DNA of 55,428 nt from an uncultured Pseudomonadales bacterium (GTDB lineage Bacteria; Patescibacteriota; Microgenomatia; UBA1400; MFAQ01), in NCBI GenBank assembly GCA_964509695.1, contig CAZDXN010000003.1:1-55428 (forward strand). The letters are read 5' to 3'. This document shows, piece after piece, positions 1 through 9,138 of the stretch. The notes below the pieces were generated by a model. The model saw nothing but the letters and a program-made list of their open reading frames with translations, made no database searches and was not told where the DNA came from. The position numbers and the translations under genes are program-made. Positions within the stretch are counted from its first letter, which is position 1, and every line of letters begins with the position of its first letter.

Positions 1-60
1 TATTGATCTACCAAGCCTTTTTTAGTCTTCATCAACCGATTTTGATACGCTACTCTACTA

Positions 61-137
61 TGGTGACCCGGGGCAGAGTTGAACTGCCGACCTTCTCGTT
101 AGGAGTGAGATGCTCTATCCAACTGAGCTACCGGGTC
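61..137 (-). tRNA. tRNA-Arg: tRNA-Arg (anticodon CCT)
   Basis: Reverse complement GACCCGGTAGCTCAGTTGGATAGAGCATCTCACTCCTAACGAGAAGGTCGGCAGTTCAACTCTGCCCCGGGTCACCA folds as a cloverleaf; anticodon loop CT-CCT-AA; CCA encoded. Confidence 0.95.
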
Positions 138-155
138 AATAGCTGTATTTTACTC

Positions 156-304
156 TGTCATTCAGAACGAAGTCGAGGAATCTTCATTTGTCATTCCCAC
201 GAAAGTGGGAATCTATTTGAATAGATTCCGGGTCGAGCCCGGAATGACAGACCTCACCCTTACATCCCTCCCCTTGATAAGGGGAGGGAAAAGAGGGAGA
301 GGTG
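156..304. repeat. Cluster of palindromic REP/RPE-like elements (GTCATTCC..GGAATCT / ..GGAATGACA class and CCCTCCCCTT-GATA-AGGGGAGGG class)
   Basis: TGTCATTCCCACGAAAGTGGGAATCT...AGATTCCGGGTCGAGCCCGGAATGACA, followed by CCTCACCCTTACATCCCTCCCCTTGATAAGGGGAGGGAAAAGAGGGAGAGGTG; both classes recur elsewhere in the window. Confidence 0.9.
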
Positions 305-344
305 CCACCCTCTCCGTTGATACTGAGAGGGGAAAACGGAATGT

Positions 345-1652
345 TTATTTGAGGTCGAGGGAGATGAGATTGAAGACGTCGGGTTTTTGGTTGAGATTGG
401 AGAGGATGAGTAGATGACTGCCGTCGGCAGAAGAGGCAGCGAAGTTGCCGTTGATTTTGGCGGAAATGATGGGGGTTAGGTTGTTGTCGTCGTACTCGAC
501 GATGGAGATGCCATCGCCATTGCTAACGACGAGGTGACGGCTGGTGGAGTACCAACTGAGATTTCCGGTGGAATGAGGGTCGGTTTGACCACGAAGAAGG
601 TTGATTTGTTTCAGTATCGATGTTTGGGGAAGGCTACCATTGATGACCAGAGGTTGAGAGATTTTGGGATCAAAGTTGGCTTCTTTGATGAGGTAGTTAC
701 GGTCTTCTTTGAGATCGTAAATATAGGTTTTACCGGCGATCAGTTTTCTGGTTTCGGTGGTTGGATTAGTGCCTTGAATCACCTTGCCGATGAGATTATC
801 GGGGAGAATTTGATCTTCTTTGGCGGTATAGAGGAGCTTTTCACGATCCGGAGAGAAGTAGACGTTGACGGCAGAGGCGGTGGCGATTTTTTCCATCAGT
901 TCAGGAAGGCGAGTCAGGCTATTTTTGTTGACACTGGTCAGCTGCTCCTGCCATTGGGTGAGGATCAGAGTCAGTCTAATCGTCGCGTCTGCCAGAGTTT
1001 TGGTCTGGTTCATGTTTCGGGAGCTGAGGAGATGGGAGAAGGTGACTTTCTTGTCGTCGTGGAGGACGGCGAGGATCTGAGTGCCGTCGGGAGACCAGAT
1101 CAGTTCGGCTTTGGTGTAGTCGTAAACACTCATATCGGTGATCTGGACGATTTGATTGCCAAGAATAGTGTTGTTTCCTAGGGAAAGGACGTAGACGCCG
1201 TTGTCCTGACTGAAAGGTGAATTGGTGAGGACGTAGACGAGACGGTTTCCGTCGGGACTGACGAGCGGCTTACTCACTTGGTAAAAAGTAAGCGGGGTGC
1301 TGCTGGCGATAGCCGGAAAAAGGCGGGCGTCGGTGGAGCTGACAAGTTCGGATTTGATAGGGAAGGTTTTGGTCCAAGGATGAAAACCGGTTTTGATGAT
1401 CTTGATGGCGTAGTCGTCAGGAGAAAGGTAAAGAGTGTCGTCAGTGACGGTGGTGAGCCGGTCATTGATGAAGACCTGAGCGCCTTTGGGATATGAGGTT
1501 GTAGAAAGAAGTCCGGTGCCTTTGAGGGTCATTTTGCTGATATTAGGCCGATAGCCTTTGGCGATTCTGATGGCCAAAACGGTCCCGCCCACGAGAAGAA
1601 GGAAGGCGAAGATGGTGATGAGGAGGCGGTCGCGCTTGATGGACTTGGTCAT
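345..1652 (-). CDS. PEGA-domain membrane-anchored protein with TolB/WD40-like beta-propeller C-terminus
   Basis: N-terminal TM helix; PEGA-like TTSYPKGAQVFIND..YAIKIIKTGFHPW; SPDG repeats; TAAAAT -10 is 7 nt before the ATG. Confidence 0.8.
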   Translation of the reverse strand: MTKSIKRDRLLITIFAFLLLVGGTVLAIRIAKGYRPNISKMTLKGTGLLSTTSYPKGAQVFINDRLTTVTDDTLYLSPDDYAIKIIKTGFHPWTKTFPIKSELVSSTDARLFPAIASSTPLTFYQVSKPLVSPDGNRLVYVLTNSPFSQDNGVYVLSLGNNTILGNQIVQITDMSVYDYTKAELIWSPDGTQILAVLHDDKKVTFSHLLSSRNMNQTKTLADATIRLTLILTQWQEQLTSVNKNSLTRLPELMEKIATASAVNVYFSPDREKLLYTAKEDQILPDNLIGKVIQGTNPTTETRKLIAGKTYIYDLKEDRNYLIKEANFDPKISQPLVINGSLPQTSILKQINLLRGQTDPHSTGNLSWYSTSRHLVVSNGDGISIVEYDDNNLTPIISAKINGNFAASSADGSHLLILSNLNQKPDVFNLISLDLK

Positions 1653-1673
1653 AGGTATGATTTTACATCACTT

Positions 1674-2078
1674 TGTCATCGCGAGGAAATGAAATGACCG
1701 TGGCGATCCATATATAGCTCTCTCAAAACAAAATGTCGGTTTTATATGGTAATTCGCTATGTCATCCTGAACTTGTTTCAGGATCGATGCTGAAATGACC
1801 CTGAAATAAATTCAGGGTGACATTATTCAGCATGACATCTAGTTTTGAGGTTGCTATAGATTGTCATTCCGACCTCCGAGCCGGAATCTATCTGTATCAC
1901 CCCCGATCGAATACGATCTTCCCCCTCTTAAATTAAGAGGGGGTAAGGGGGTGATATGGATCCCGGATCCCCGAGGAAATACTCGGGACAGGCAAGTCCG
2001 GGATGACAGATGAATATACCTCACCCTTACGTCCCTCCCCTTGATAAGGGGAGGGAAAGAGGGAGAGGTGTGAGGGGG
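1674..2078. repeat. Nested palindromic repeat cluster upstream of mreB
   Basis: GTCATCGCGAG..GGCGATCC; GTCATCCTGAACTTGTTTCAGGATC..; 1862-2008 composite (near-identical to 54988-55130); CCCTCCCCTTGATAAGGGGAGGG element at ~2019-2075. Confidence 0.9.
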
Positions 2079-2096
2079 GCGTGTTAAAATGCAGCC

Positions 2097-3113
2097 ATGC
2101 GATTGAGATTGTCAAAAAGAGTGGGAATTGATCTGGGGACGGCCAACTGTCTGGTCTATGTCGTGGGTGAGGGAATTGTGATGGAAGAGCCGACGGTGGT
2201 AGCGGTTTCGCTGACGGACTCGAAGGTTTTGGCGGTGGGCAAGGAAGCGGAGGCGATGCTGGGGAGAACTCCCGGAAATATCAAGGCGAGCAAACCGATG
2301 CGGGATGGTGTGATCGCCGATTATGTCGTGACCGAGGCAATGATGAGGTATTTCCTGCGGAAGGTGGGAGCGGGCAACCAAATCTTCAAACCGGAGGTAA
2401 TGGTGTGCGTGCCGGCCGGTGTGACCCAGGTAGAAAGGCGCGCGGTCCTCTCGGCCACCATGAGTGCCGGGGCGAGGACAGCGTATTTGATTGAAGAACC
2501 CTTGGCGGCGGCGATTGGCGCTGGAGTGCCGATTGCGGAGGCCAGTGGAAATATGATTTTGGATATGGGGGGAGGTGCCAGTGAGGCGGCGGTTATTTCG
2601 CTCGGAGGAGTGGTCGCTTTCAAGAGTGTTAGAGTAGCTGGTAACAAAATAGATGAATCTATATCACGCTATGTCAGAAAGAAACATAATTTGGTGATTG
2701 GGGAGATTACGGCAGAAAGAATCAAAGTAAAAATTGGCAGTGCCACAAAACCGGTGAAGGAGGAGACGCTCGAAGTCACTGGCCGCGATAGCGTGACGGG
2801 ATTGCCCAAGTCAGTTGTGGTGACGTCCACGGACGTCTTTGTGGCGATTAGTGAACCGCTTTCACGGATTATCAATATGGTGAAGTCAGTGTTGGAAGAA
2901 GTGCCTCCAGAACTATCCAGTGACATCATTGATAAGGGGATTGTGATGAGCGGGGGGACGGCGACTTTGCGAAATTTTGACAAGCTTTTGACTGCCGAAA
3001 CAGGAGTTCCGGCCTTTGTGGCGGAGGATCCACTGAGGTGTGTAGTAAAAGGTACTGGGATAGCATTGGAAAATCTGGAGTTATATCGGCGAAGTGTAAC
3101 GGCGAATAAGTAA
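2097..3113 (+). CDS. mreB: Rod shape-determining protein MreB (copy 1)
   Basis: GIDLGTAN, PMRDGVIADY, IEEPLAAAIGAG, DMGGG, GNKID and GGTATLR actin-fold motifs. Confidence 0.97.
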   Translation: MRLRLSKRVGIDLGTANCLVYVVGEGIVMEEPTVVAVSLTDSKVLAVGKEAEAMLGRTPGNIKASKPMRDGVIADYVVTEAMMRYFLRKVGAGNQIFKPEVMVCVPAGVTQVERRAVLSATMSAGARTAYLIEEPLAAAIGAGVPIAEASGNMILDMGGGASEAAVISLGGVVAFKSVRVAGNKIDESISRYVRKKHNLVIGEITAERIKVKIGSATKPVKEETLEVTGRDSVTGLPKSVVVTSTDVFVAISEPLSRIINMVKSVLEEVPPELSSDIIDKGIVMSGGTATLRNFDKLLTAETGVPAFVAEDPLRCVVKGTGIALENLELYRRSVTANK

Positions 3114-3226
3114 GATTTCCTGTATATCAAGTTATTTTATGTCTATTATCAGTTGGTGAATTTGATTGCTATTTTGATAACTAGATTTGAATTTGAATAT
3201 TTACGAATGCGAAATATAGGGTTTAT

Positions 3227-3436
3227 TGGCGATCCATATAGATTGCCACATCGCGTACTCTCCCACGGGGATACGCGGGATCTGCGACTTGCAATGACGA
3301 GGCACCGTCATCGCGAGTGTATTCGCGTGGCGATCCATATAGATTGCTTCTCCCGCTAAGCGGGATCGCAATGACAGACCTCACCCTTACATCCCTCCCC
3401 TTGATAAGGGGAGGGAAAAGAGGGAGAGGTGTGAGA
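3227..3436. repeat. Palindromic repeat cluster (GTCATCGCGAG..GCGATCC/GATTGCTTC..GCAATGAC class plus CCCTCCCCTT class)
   Basis: AGATTGCTTCTCCCGCTAAGCGGGATCGCAATGAC also occurs at ~3762-3796 and 55135-55169; the CCCTCCCCTT element is identical to the one at 252-304. Confidence 0.9.
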
Positions 3437-3642
3437 GCGGTGATATGGGGAGGTACGGGGTTAAATTCAGTAGGAACCCCGTAGTCGATTCCCGCATACC
3501 ACTGGGGGTAGGGTAGGACGGTTTGCGGTAATTAAATTGTTGAGTAGGGGACGTAAGCCTAATTCGTGGCTACGTTGTTCGTGGAGCTTATCTTCGGAGA
3601 TTCTGGCTGTGCGTGGATACCCTTGCGGAGATGGACTTTGAC

Positions 3643-3796
3643 GTCATTGCGCCCGTCCGTCCTCTGGCGGAAGGAGCATTCGACGTGGCAATCTATGCAA
3701 ATAATCCTGGATCGTCACGCTACCGCTCGCGATGACGAGTTGACTCTTCGGAATGACATATAGATTGCTTCTCCCGCTTAGCGGGATCGAATGACA
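3643..3796. repeat. Palindromic repeat cluster (GTCATTGCG..GCAATCT / ..GCGATGAC class)
   Basis: GTCATTGCGCCC..GTGGCAATCTA, GGATCGTCACGCTACCGCTCGCGATGAC, AGATTGCTTCTCCCGCTTAGCGGGATCG. Confidence 0.85.
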
Positions 3797-4357
3797 AGGA
3801 GTGGTATTGGAGTTTTTTGTCATAATCAGAATATATCAGTTATTTGTATTGTATCGGTCTATTTACTTCTGACATTAGTTAAAAATTTATTTTCATAAAT
3901 ATATGTTTTGATAGAGTATATAGTTTCTGTCTAGTGATATTGATCATTGATTGCAGATTTTGTCTCGCGAAGCGAGATTTAGCTTTGATATTTGAGAACT
4001 TATTTTATTCGTAATTTACGATTTGATGCTGGAGAATTTAATTGTAGGAAGGAATATAGTATATTTATCATATTAGGTGACGGCCGTTCTATTAGAGGAT
4101 ATTGTTAAATATCTTATAGTGGTGATGATTTTTGCTTGTTGGTTGAGTAGAGTTGATTTTCGGACAGTTATTTCATGTAAGTGTCAGTAATCAGCGTGTG
4201 AAAACAGCCTAGGGAGTGAGTTTTCGGGATTGATCTATCGCTTAAAATAGGGAATTGGGTTGTTTAGCGGTTAGTGTACTCGAGTGATAGTTTTGAGGCT
4301 AAACGTTGATGGGGATAGGGATTCAAGATTTAGGATTCAGGATTCAGGAATTATGAG

Positions 4358-5224
4358 TTGCGTGTTCCTGATAAGATACTAGCATATATGGTGAAGAAAA
4401 TGGTTTTGGGGACGCGGGTGGATTTGGTCAGTCAGTCAGAGGCGGTGAATATGGTCTCCGGTTGGATTGAAGTCGGAGGCAAGACCAGAGTAGTAGCAAC
4501 GGCATATAGTGAATTCTTTGTGGCTGCGCTAGGCGACAAAGCCTTTAGAATGGCCCTAGAAGGCTCGGATTTGGTCACCCCTGATGGGATAGGGCCGCTG
4601 GCGGCAATCAGATACCAATTGCTCAGTGCTCAGTGCTCATGGACCATTTGTCATTTGTTAACTGGTTTTAGAGTTGGGGTGGATATTTTGAGAGGGCGGG
4701 TGGGTCAGCCGGTATCCGGATATTGGCTGTTTGAGACTTTGGTAGCGAAAGCGGCCAAGGAGGGCTGGTCGGTGTTCTTGCTGGGAGGATTTGGAGAGAC
4801 GGCGGAGAAGCTTGCACAAAAACTCGAAACTGAAAAAACTCGAAAACTCAAAGTAGAATATGAGGGGGGGGCGCGGAATGAGGCGGAGATGACTGGTGAG
4901 GCAAATGAGGTGGTGATTGAGAAGATAAACAAATTCAAGCCGGATCTGTTGTTTGTGGCCTACGGTCCGGTGAAGCAGGAGAAGTGGTTGGCGGAAAATA
5001 AAGGGAAGTTGAGGGTGAAGGTAGCGATGGGAGTAGGTGGGACGTTTGACGAGGCGCTGGGGTTGGTTCGGGAAGCCCCTGTTGCATTCTCCAAATATGG
5101 TCTAAAATGGTTTTGGCGGCTCCTCCAACAGCCGCAGCGATTGCCCCGTATATTCAAAGCTACCTTTGTGTTTGCTTGGTTGGTCTTTGTCGATTCGCTA
5201 AAAAATAAGAATTTACGAAACTAA
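4358..5224 (+). CDS. WecB/TagA/CpsF family glycosyltransferase (start may be ATG 4388)
   Basis: LVTPDGIG, VFLLGG, INKFKPDLLFVAYGPVKQEKW, MGVGGTFD and GLKWFWRLLQQPQR motifs; carries two short tandem-repeat inserts. Confidence 0.92.
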   Translation: MRVPDKILAYMVKKMVLGTRVDLVSQSEAVNMVSGWIEVGGKTRVVATAYSEFFVAALGDKAFRMALEGSDLVTPDGIGPLAAIRYQLLSAQCSWTICHLLTGFRVGVDILRGRVGQPVSGYWLFETLVAKAAKEGWSVFLLGGFGETAEKLAQKLETEKTRKLKVEYEGGARNEAEMTGEANEVVIEKINKFKPDLLFVAYGPVKQEKWLAENKGKLRVKVAMGVGGTFDEALGLVREAPVAFSKYGLKWFWRLLQQPQRLPRIFKATFVFAWLVFVDSLKNKNLRN

Positions 5225-5246
5225 GAAGTTAGGAATCTACGAATTT
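5207..5246. repeat. Degenerate 8-mer tandem array (AAGAATTT ACGAAACT AAGAAGTT AGGAATCT ACGAATTT)
   Basis: Period-8 array between convergent genes; same family as the array at 42397-42428. Confidence 0.75.
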
Positions 5247-5484
5247 ATTTGGAGATGGGGTTTATTCCGAGCATCCACAGGACGCTTTCTTTTTTGTAGC
5301 GACGGTCGCCGCGGGAGTTGATGCGGATGGCGGGGAGCTTGCCACGCTTGCCCCAGCGCTTGATGGTGAGGGTGGAAACGCGCAGAAGAGTGGCGACTTC
5401 GGAGACGGTCAGCAGGTCGGGGAGGTTGGCGAGATTGACTTCTTGCTTGCCAGCAGGCGGGTCTTTTTTTTCGTTATTGTCCAT
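5245..5484 (-). CDS. Helix-turn-helix DNA-binding protein (MerR/excisionase-like HTH_17)
   Basis: LLTVSEVATLLRVSTLTIKRWGKRGKLPAIRINSRGDRRY. Confidence 0.9.
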   Translation of the reverse strand: MDNNEKKDPPAGKQEVNLANLPDLLTVSEVATLLRVSTLTIKRWGKRGKLPAIRINSRGDRRYKKESVLWMLGINPISK

Positions 5485-5508
5485 ATCTGATATACAAGTT
5501 ATCAGATA
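5484..5508. promoter_or_regulatory. Inverted repeat (putative operator) over the HTH gene start
   Basis: TATCTGATA-N7-TATCAGATA perfect 9-bp inverted repeat between divergent genes. Confidence 0.5.
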
Positions 5509-5533
5509 GGTTATAGAGAGTCAATGGGGTAGA

Positions 5534-7642
5534 TTGAAGATGGGAGACATGTGGTTAAATGAGAGTATGTCAGTGGGTGATGAAAGAGATCCGGAAGTTA
5601 TACAGGTTGGTTCTGGTTTGGTGCGAGTTGAAGCGGGTTTGGTGTTTGATAAAGAAGCTGAATTAAGGAAGACGGTTCTGGCTGAATTGTTGCGCTTAAA
5701 AGTAGTCTCAATTGATGAAAGTCGATTACCTGGCGGCATTATCGTTGATAATCTTAATTTCTTTCGGGGTAAATCGATGGCGAAAGACTCGGATTCGGGT
5801 GAAGATTTGACTGTGTTTGAAGTAATGGAACGGGTCCCTGCGCCAATGAAAAACGGATTGGGAGGTCAAGACTCACAGAAAAATTACTATCACGTCTTTC
5901 GGGACCAGATGGTGGCGACGGAGGAGGATCTAAAGAATGGAGTTGGTGCGAGAGAGATGTTTTTTACCTTGAACGACGCTGCGGATTTGAAAAACCCTGG
6001 TCGATTGAGAGACTATAAGGGGAGGTTTTACTTACTTCTGTCAGAGTTGGGAGGAGAATTTGACGTGAGAAATAATTTTCAGCCGACCAAGAATGAGGGT
6101 TTCGATTCTGGAGTGGATTCTTTTGCGGCCAACGTTTTGGCGATGATATATATTTTGGGTGAAGGAGAACGTGATGAAGACGGGGCGCTTTGGGTAAATA
6201 AGACAAGTGGTGATAGTGCGGAAACACAGAAATTGTCCGGCAGCTGGTTGGCAAGAATGGGTTTTAAATCGTATAGTGGTTTGAAGTGGAGGGATCAACC
6301 GAGAGAGTTGATTGCCAGATACGGCAAAAGTATACCTAATGGAATGTTGAGTGCCGAGGATTTTTCCGACAGAACAAGAGAAAAAATGATCGTAGGCACT
6401 AACGGTCAATTGGTGGTTGAGAATACTAGGATATTTTTTGGACGCAATCGCCTGGGTTACCAAGCGGTCAAAATTTCTAGTGACGGAACGTATGTATTAT
6501 TGAGTCCTGCTGATGCAAAAGGCCAGAGGGCGGTTGACGGGGTGTTCAGAGCCGGTCGGGTGGGGGGAATAATAACGCGACCCAATGTGGTCGAGGGGAA
6601 AGTAATCGGTATGAGGGGGGGGAGTTATCAGGAACGAAAATTACAACCTAGGATAGTAATTCGGCGATATGACGGAGAAGGGAAGGTCCATGCTTGGAGG
6701 GTTGACAGTAAGGTTGCCGCTAGCGGACTACTGAAGCTAAGAGAACGTTTGAAGAAAATCGATCCTACGGTATTACCAAAATTGGATTCGTTACCGTATG
6801 AGAGGCAGCTTTTTTTACTTCACGGTTACATGCAGTTGAATGAGGTTGACAGAGGGAAGTTTGAGGGTGGTTTGGTCAGATGGTCCTCTACCCAGATTGA
6901 GGCAAAATCATATTTGGCTCAGTATAGCGGTTTGGCGACAGTGACCGAGGCGGGTCAAGTTGACGCCAGTTATTGTAAAACAGTCGGACTCTTGCGTAAC
7001 TTTCGACATGTGGTTGAGGGCGAGATAGGTGATGACAGCGAGCCACAAAATCGGTCGCTAATTGAGTTTATAGCTAGGATTACCGAGAGTGTGGCATTTC
7101 GGACGGGGACACTCTTAAGTAAGGTAACCGTTGAGAATGAAGAGGTGGTTCGGGCTGAAATGGATAAATTAAATGGTTTGCTATTGGCGATGGAGTCTTC
7201 GGTGGTGGATTTTGACAAAAAGAATGGATTGAGAAAGACAGCCATATTACGGGACGATAAGGGAGTTGTCTCTAGTATCACGGTTCATCAAAAATTTGGA
7301 TCTCAAGCTGGTGCGGATGAATTGTTTATTACATTTCGACCGGAAAGAAATGATGGCTTAGTAACCAAAGGGGGTGGGCATCCCAGAATTGGTATGACGT
7401 TTAGAAATACTACGGGGAGTTTTAATTTGCGAGTTGACCTAGACAAAAATGGTCTTTCGGTGGATGTTGGTAGTCATAGCGGTGAATTTGCCGGACAAAT
7501 GGCTAAGGCTGGCTTGACACACTATACATATGGAATTATTGACCCGGGTTATCAGAGCCTATTTGGTGCCTACGTTAAGAGGCTGGCTCAGATTTGGGGA
7601 GTTTCTGAATCCACGTGGACACGATCTCGCGGTGTTCAGTAG
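5534..7642 (+). CDS. Hypothetical protein (702 aa)
   Basis: Long uninterrupted ORF with normal amino-acid composition; no family recognised. Confidence 0.8.
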   Translation: MKMGDMWLNESMSVGDERDPEVIQVGSGLVRVEAGLVFDKEAELRKTVLAELLRLKVVSIDESRLPGGIIVDNLNFFRGKSMAKDSDSGEDLTVFEVMERVPAPMKNGLGGQDSQKNYYHVFRDQMVATEEDLKNGVGAREMFFTLNDAADLKNPGRLRDYKGRFYLLLSELGGEFDVRNNFQPTKNEGFDSGVDSFAANVLAMIYILGEGERDEDGALWVNKTSGDSAETQKLSGSWLARMGFKSYSGLKWRDQPRELIARYGKSIPNGMLSAEDFSDRTREKMIVGTNGQLVVENTRIFFGRNRLGYQAVKISSDGTYVLLSPADAKGQRAVDGVFRAGRVGGIITRPNVVEGKVIGMRGGSYQERKLQPRIVIRRYDGEGKVHAWRVDSKVAASGLLKLRERLKKIDPTVLPKLDSLPYERQLFLLHGYMQLNEVDRGKFEGGLVRWSSTQIEAKSYLAQYSGLATVTEAGQVDASYCKTVGLLRNFRHVVEGEIGDDSEPQNRSLIEFIARITESVAFRTGTLLSKVTVENEEVVRAEMDKLNGLLLAMESSVVDFDKKNGLRKTAILRDDKGVVSSITVHQKFGSQAGADELFITFRPERNDGLVTKGGGHPRIGMTFRNTTGSFNLRVDLDKNGLSVDVGSHSGEFAGQMAKAGLTHYTYGIIDPGYQSLFGAYVKRLAQIWGVSESTWTRSRGVQ

Positions 7643-8414
7643 CCGTATTTTCCCAGAGAATCTCGAACAGATCGGAAAAGGTGGCACTGATCGGAACACT
7701 GTCGATAATAGTTGAGATAATTTTGCCTTTGAGGGAGGTAATGGCTACTTTTGAGCCATAGACGATAATTTGTGAGGGAAGGAGGTACTTGGGGTTTTGG
7801 GTGATATGTCTTTCGACGAGCCTATCTTGGTCGTGAAATAGGTAGTTATTTTTGGTGTCGTCTTCTAGGGGAGTAATGGTGCGGGTATGGATATCCAACT
7901 TTATTTGAGCTCTTATTTGTTCATTGATGATTGAGTTTAATTCTTGGTTTTTGTCGTCTAAGACTGAACGGAAAAGGAGAAGATTTTTGGCTAATTTGTT
8001 TATGTCCTTGTACGTTTGTTTTATCCCCTCCAGCCCTTCAAATGAGCTAATTATCGGTCTGATTTCGGTCAGACGGTATGCGCTCTGGAGGTCGGGGAGG
8101 ATGTTTTCGAGATTGGTTTTGGCGGCTTTGGCCTGAAGCTGGATTTGCTCGGAGAGGTCGAGGAGGATGTCTGGTGAATTGGGGGTGAAAGTCGAGGCTT
8201 TGCCCGCCTTTGGCGAGGCATCGCCGGCGAGGCTGGATTTGACCAGCCCGAGTTTGGCAAGCTCCTGACTGACGGTGTAGACGTAGGTTCTTTTGACATT
8301 GGTGGACTTGGCTAGCTGGCTGGCAGATTGGGGTCCGTGGCGGAGGAGGGAGAGATAGATACTTGTCTGGTCGGCGCTCAAATTGAGGCTTTGAAGAAGT
8401 TCTTCCGGTTTCAT
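7575..8414 (-). CDS. TrmB family transcriptional regulator
   Basis: N-terminal wHTH (IYLSLLRHGPQSASQLAKSTNVKRTYVY), FEGLEGIKQ and PLD-like QIIVYGSKVAI; TTGACT-17-TATAGT promoter. Confidence 0.88.
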   Translation of the reverse strand: MKPEELLQSLNLSADQTSIYLSLLRHGPQSASQLAKSTNVKRTYVYTVSQELAKLGLVKSSLAGDASPKAGKASTFTPNSPDILLDLSEQIQLQAKAAKTNLENILPDLQSAYRLTEIRPIISSFEGLEGIKQTYKDINKLAKNLLLFRSVLDDKNQELNSIINEQIRAQIKLDIHTRTITPLEDDTKNNYLFHDQDRLVERHITQNPKYLLPSQIIVYGSKVAITSLKGKIISTIIDSVPISATFSDLFEILWENTATEHREIVSTWIQKLPKSEPAS

Positions 8415-8486
8415 CTACTTCTACTATATGTAAATACTTTCTGACAGTCAAGAGGTGGTTGAGGCTATATTTACTGTCAGGGGGAC

Positions 8487-8515
8487 TTGACAAAGCCCAT
8501 AACATATGTTATATT
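8487..8515 (+). promoter_or_regulatory. Sigma70-type promoter with a palindromic operator in the spacer
   Basis: TTGACA (8487-92), 17 bp, TATATT (8510-15); palindrome ATAACATATGTTAT at 8499-8512. Confidence 0.75.
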
Positions 8516-8521
8516 ACCGAT

Positions 8522-8897
8522 TAATTGATGATTTCTGAATCGTCAAAGTACATTTACATTCGAGTCGGACAACTGATCTTTAGCAATAAGGATCAAAAGG
8601 GGAAAGTTCTTAGCCTTGGTAGGTTGAGAGCAAATACCGCGAAAGTTGCTAATTGACCCACGGGTCGAGGTGCGACGATCGAGACTAATTCAACCGGAAG
8701 CCAATCTGCTTCTGACTCGGGGGAACCCGATCATCAGGAAAGAGAAGCCGAAGGTTACCACAGACACAACAATCCCGCCTCATCTTTTCCTGTCCCTATC
8801 CTACCTGTCCATTTCGCGCAAGCGATTTTAGGTGAGAAGAGATTATGGCGAAGATGGTGGGATAAAGAGCATGAGAAATCGTACTTTTTATCCCACG
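8522..8897 (+). ncRNA. Candidate structured ncRNA (~375 nt), family unknown
   Basis: Follows a strong promoter; several hairpins with GNRA/CACG loops; long-range helix 8560-69 with 8711-20; final hairpin 8857-69 with 8884-96; no SD-led ORF. Confidence 0.55.
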
Positions 8898-8929
8898 GTA
8901 TATCCGGCGCGAATGTTTCTCGTTATCCT

Positions 8930-8957
8930 TGTCATTCCGGACTTGATCCGGAATCTA
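8930..8957. repeat. Half palindromic element TGTCATTCCGGACTTGATCCGGAATCTA
   Basis: Same class as 189-214, 1862-1890 and 13173-13201. Confidence 0.85.
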
Positions 8958-9138
8958 TATAAATAATTTCCCAAAAAGATTGGTTGCCCGATTCGAACAG
9001 TACCTTAAAAAGTCAATTTTCTCTTTTCTTCTTTCGGAAGAACCCGGGCCGCGTGTTATCTGCGCGCCCGGGATTCTCCGGAAAAATCGATGTTTTTTAA
9101 TGCCCCAGCTGGGGCGGCCGCTAAGGAGGCGGTTTTTG

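Noticed and set aside
8522-8897. RNase P RNA, tmRNA or group I intron identity for the structured RNA
   Set aside because: GGGGAAAGTTCTT has no complementary P4 partner. There are no tRNA-like ends or ALAA-type tag. The CGAGACTA (P7-like) segment has no downstream TAGTC partner.
8980-9138. N-terminal extension of the 812-aa track ORF from GTG 8980
   Set aside because: The region is a structured leader, and ATG 9139 has a strong AAGGAGG SD.
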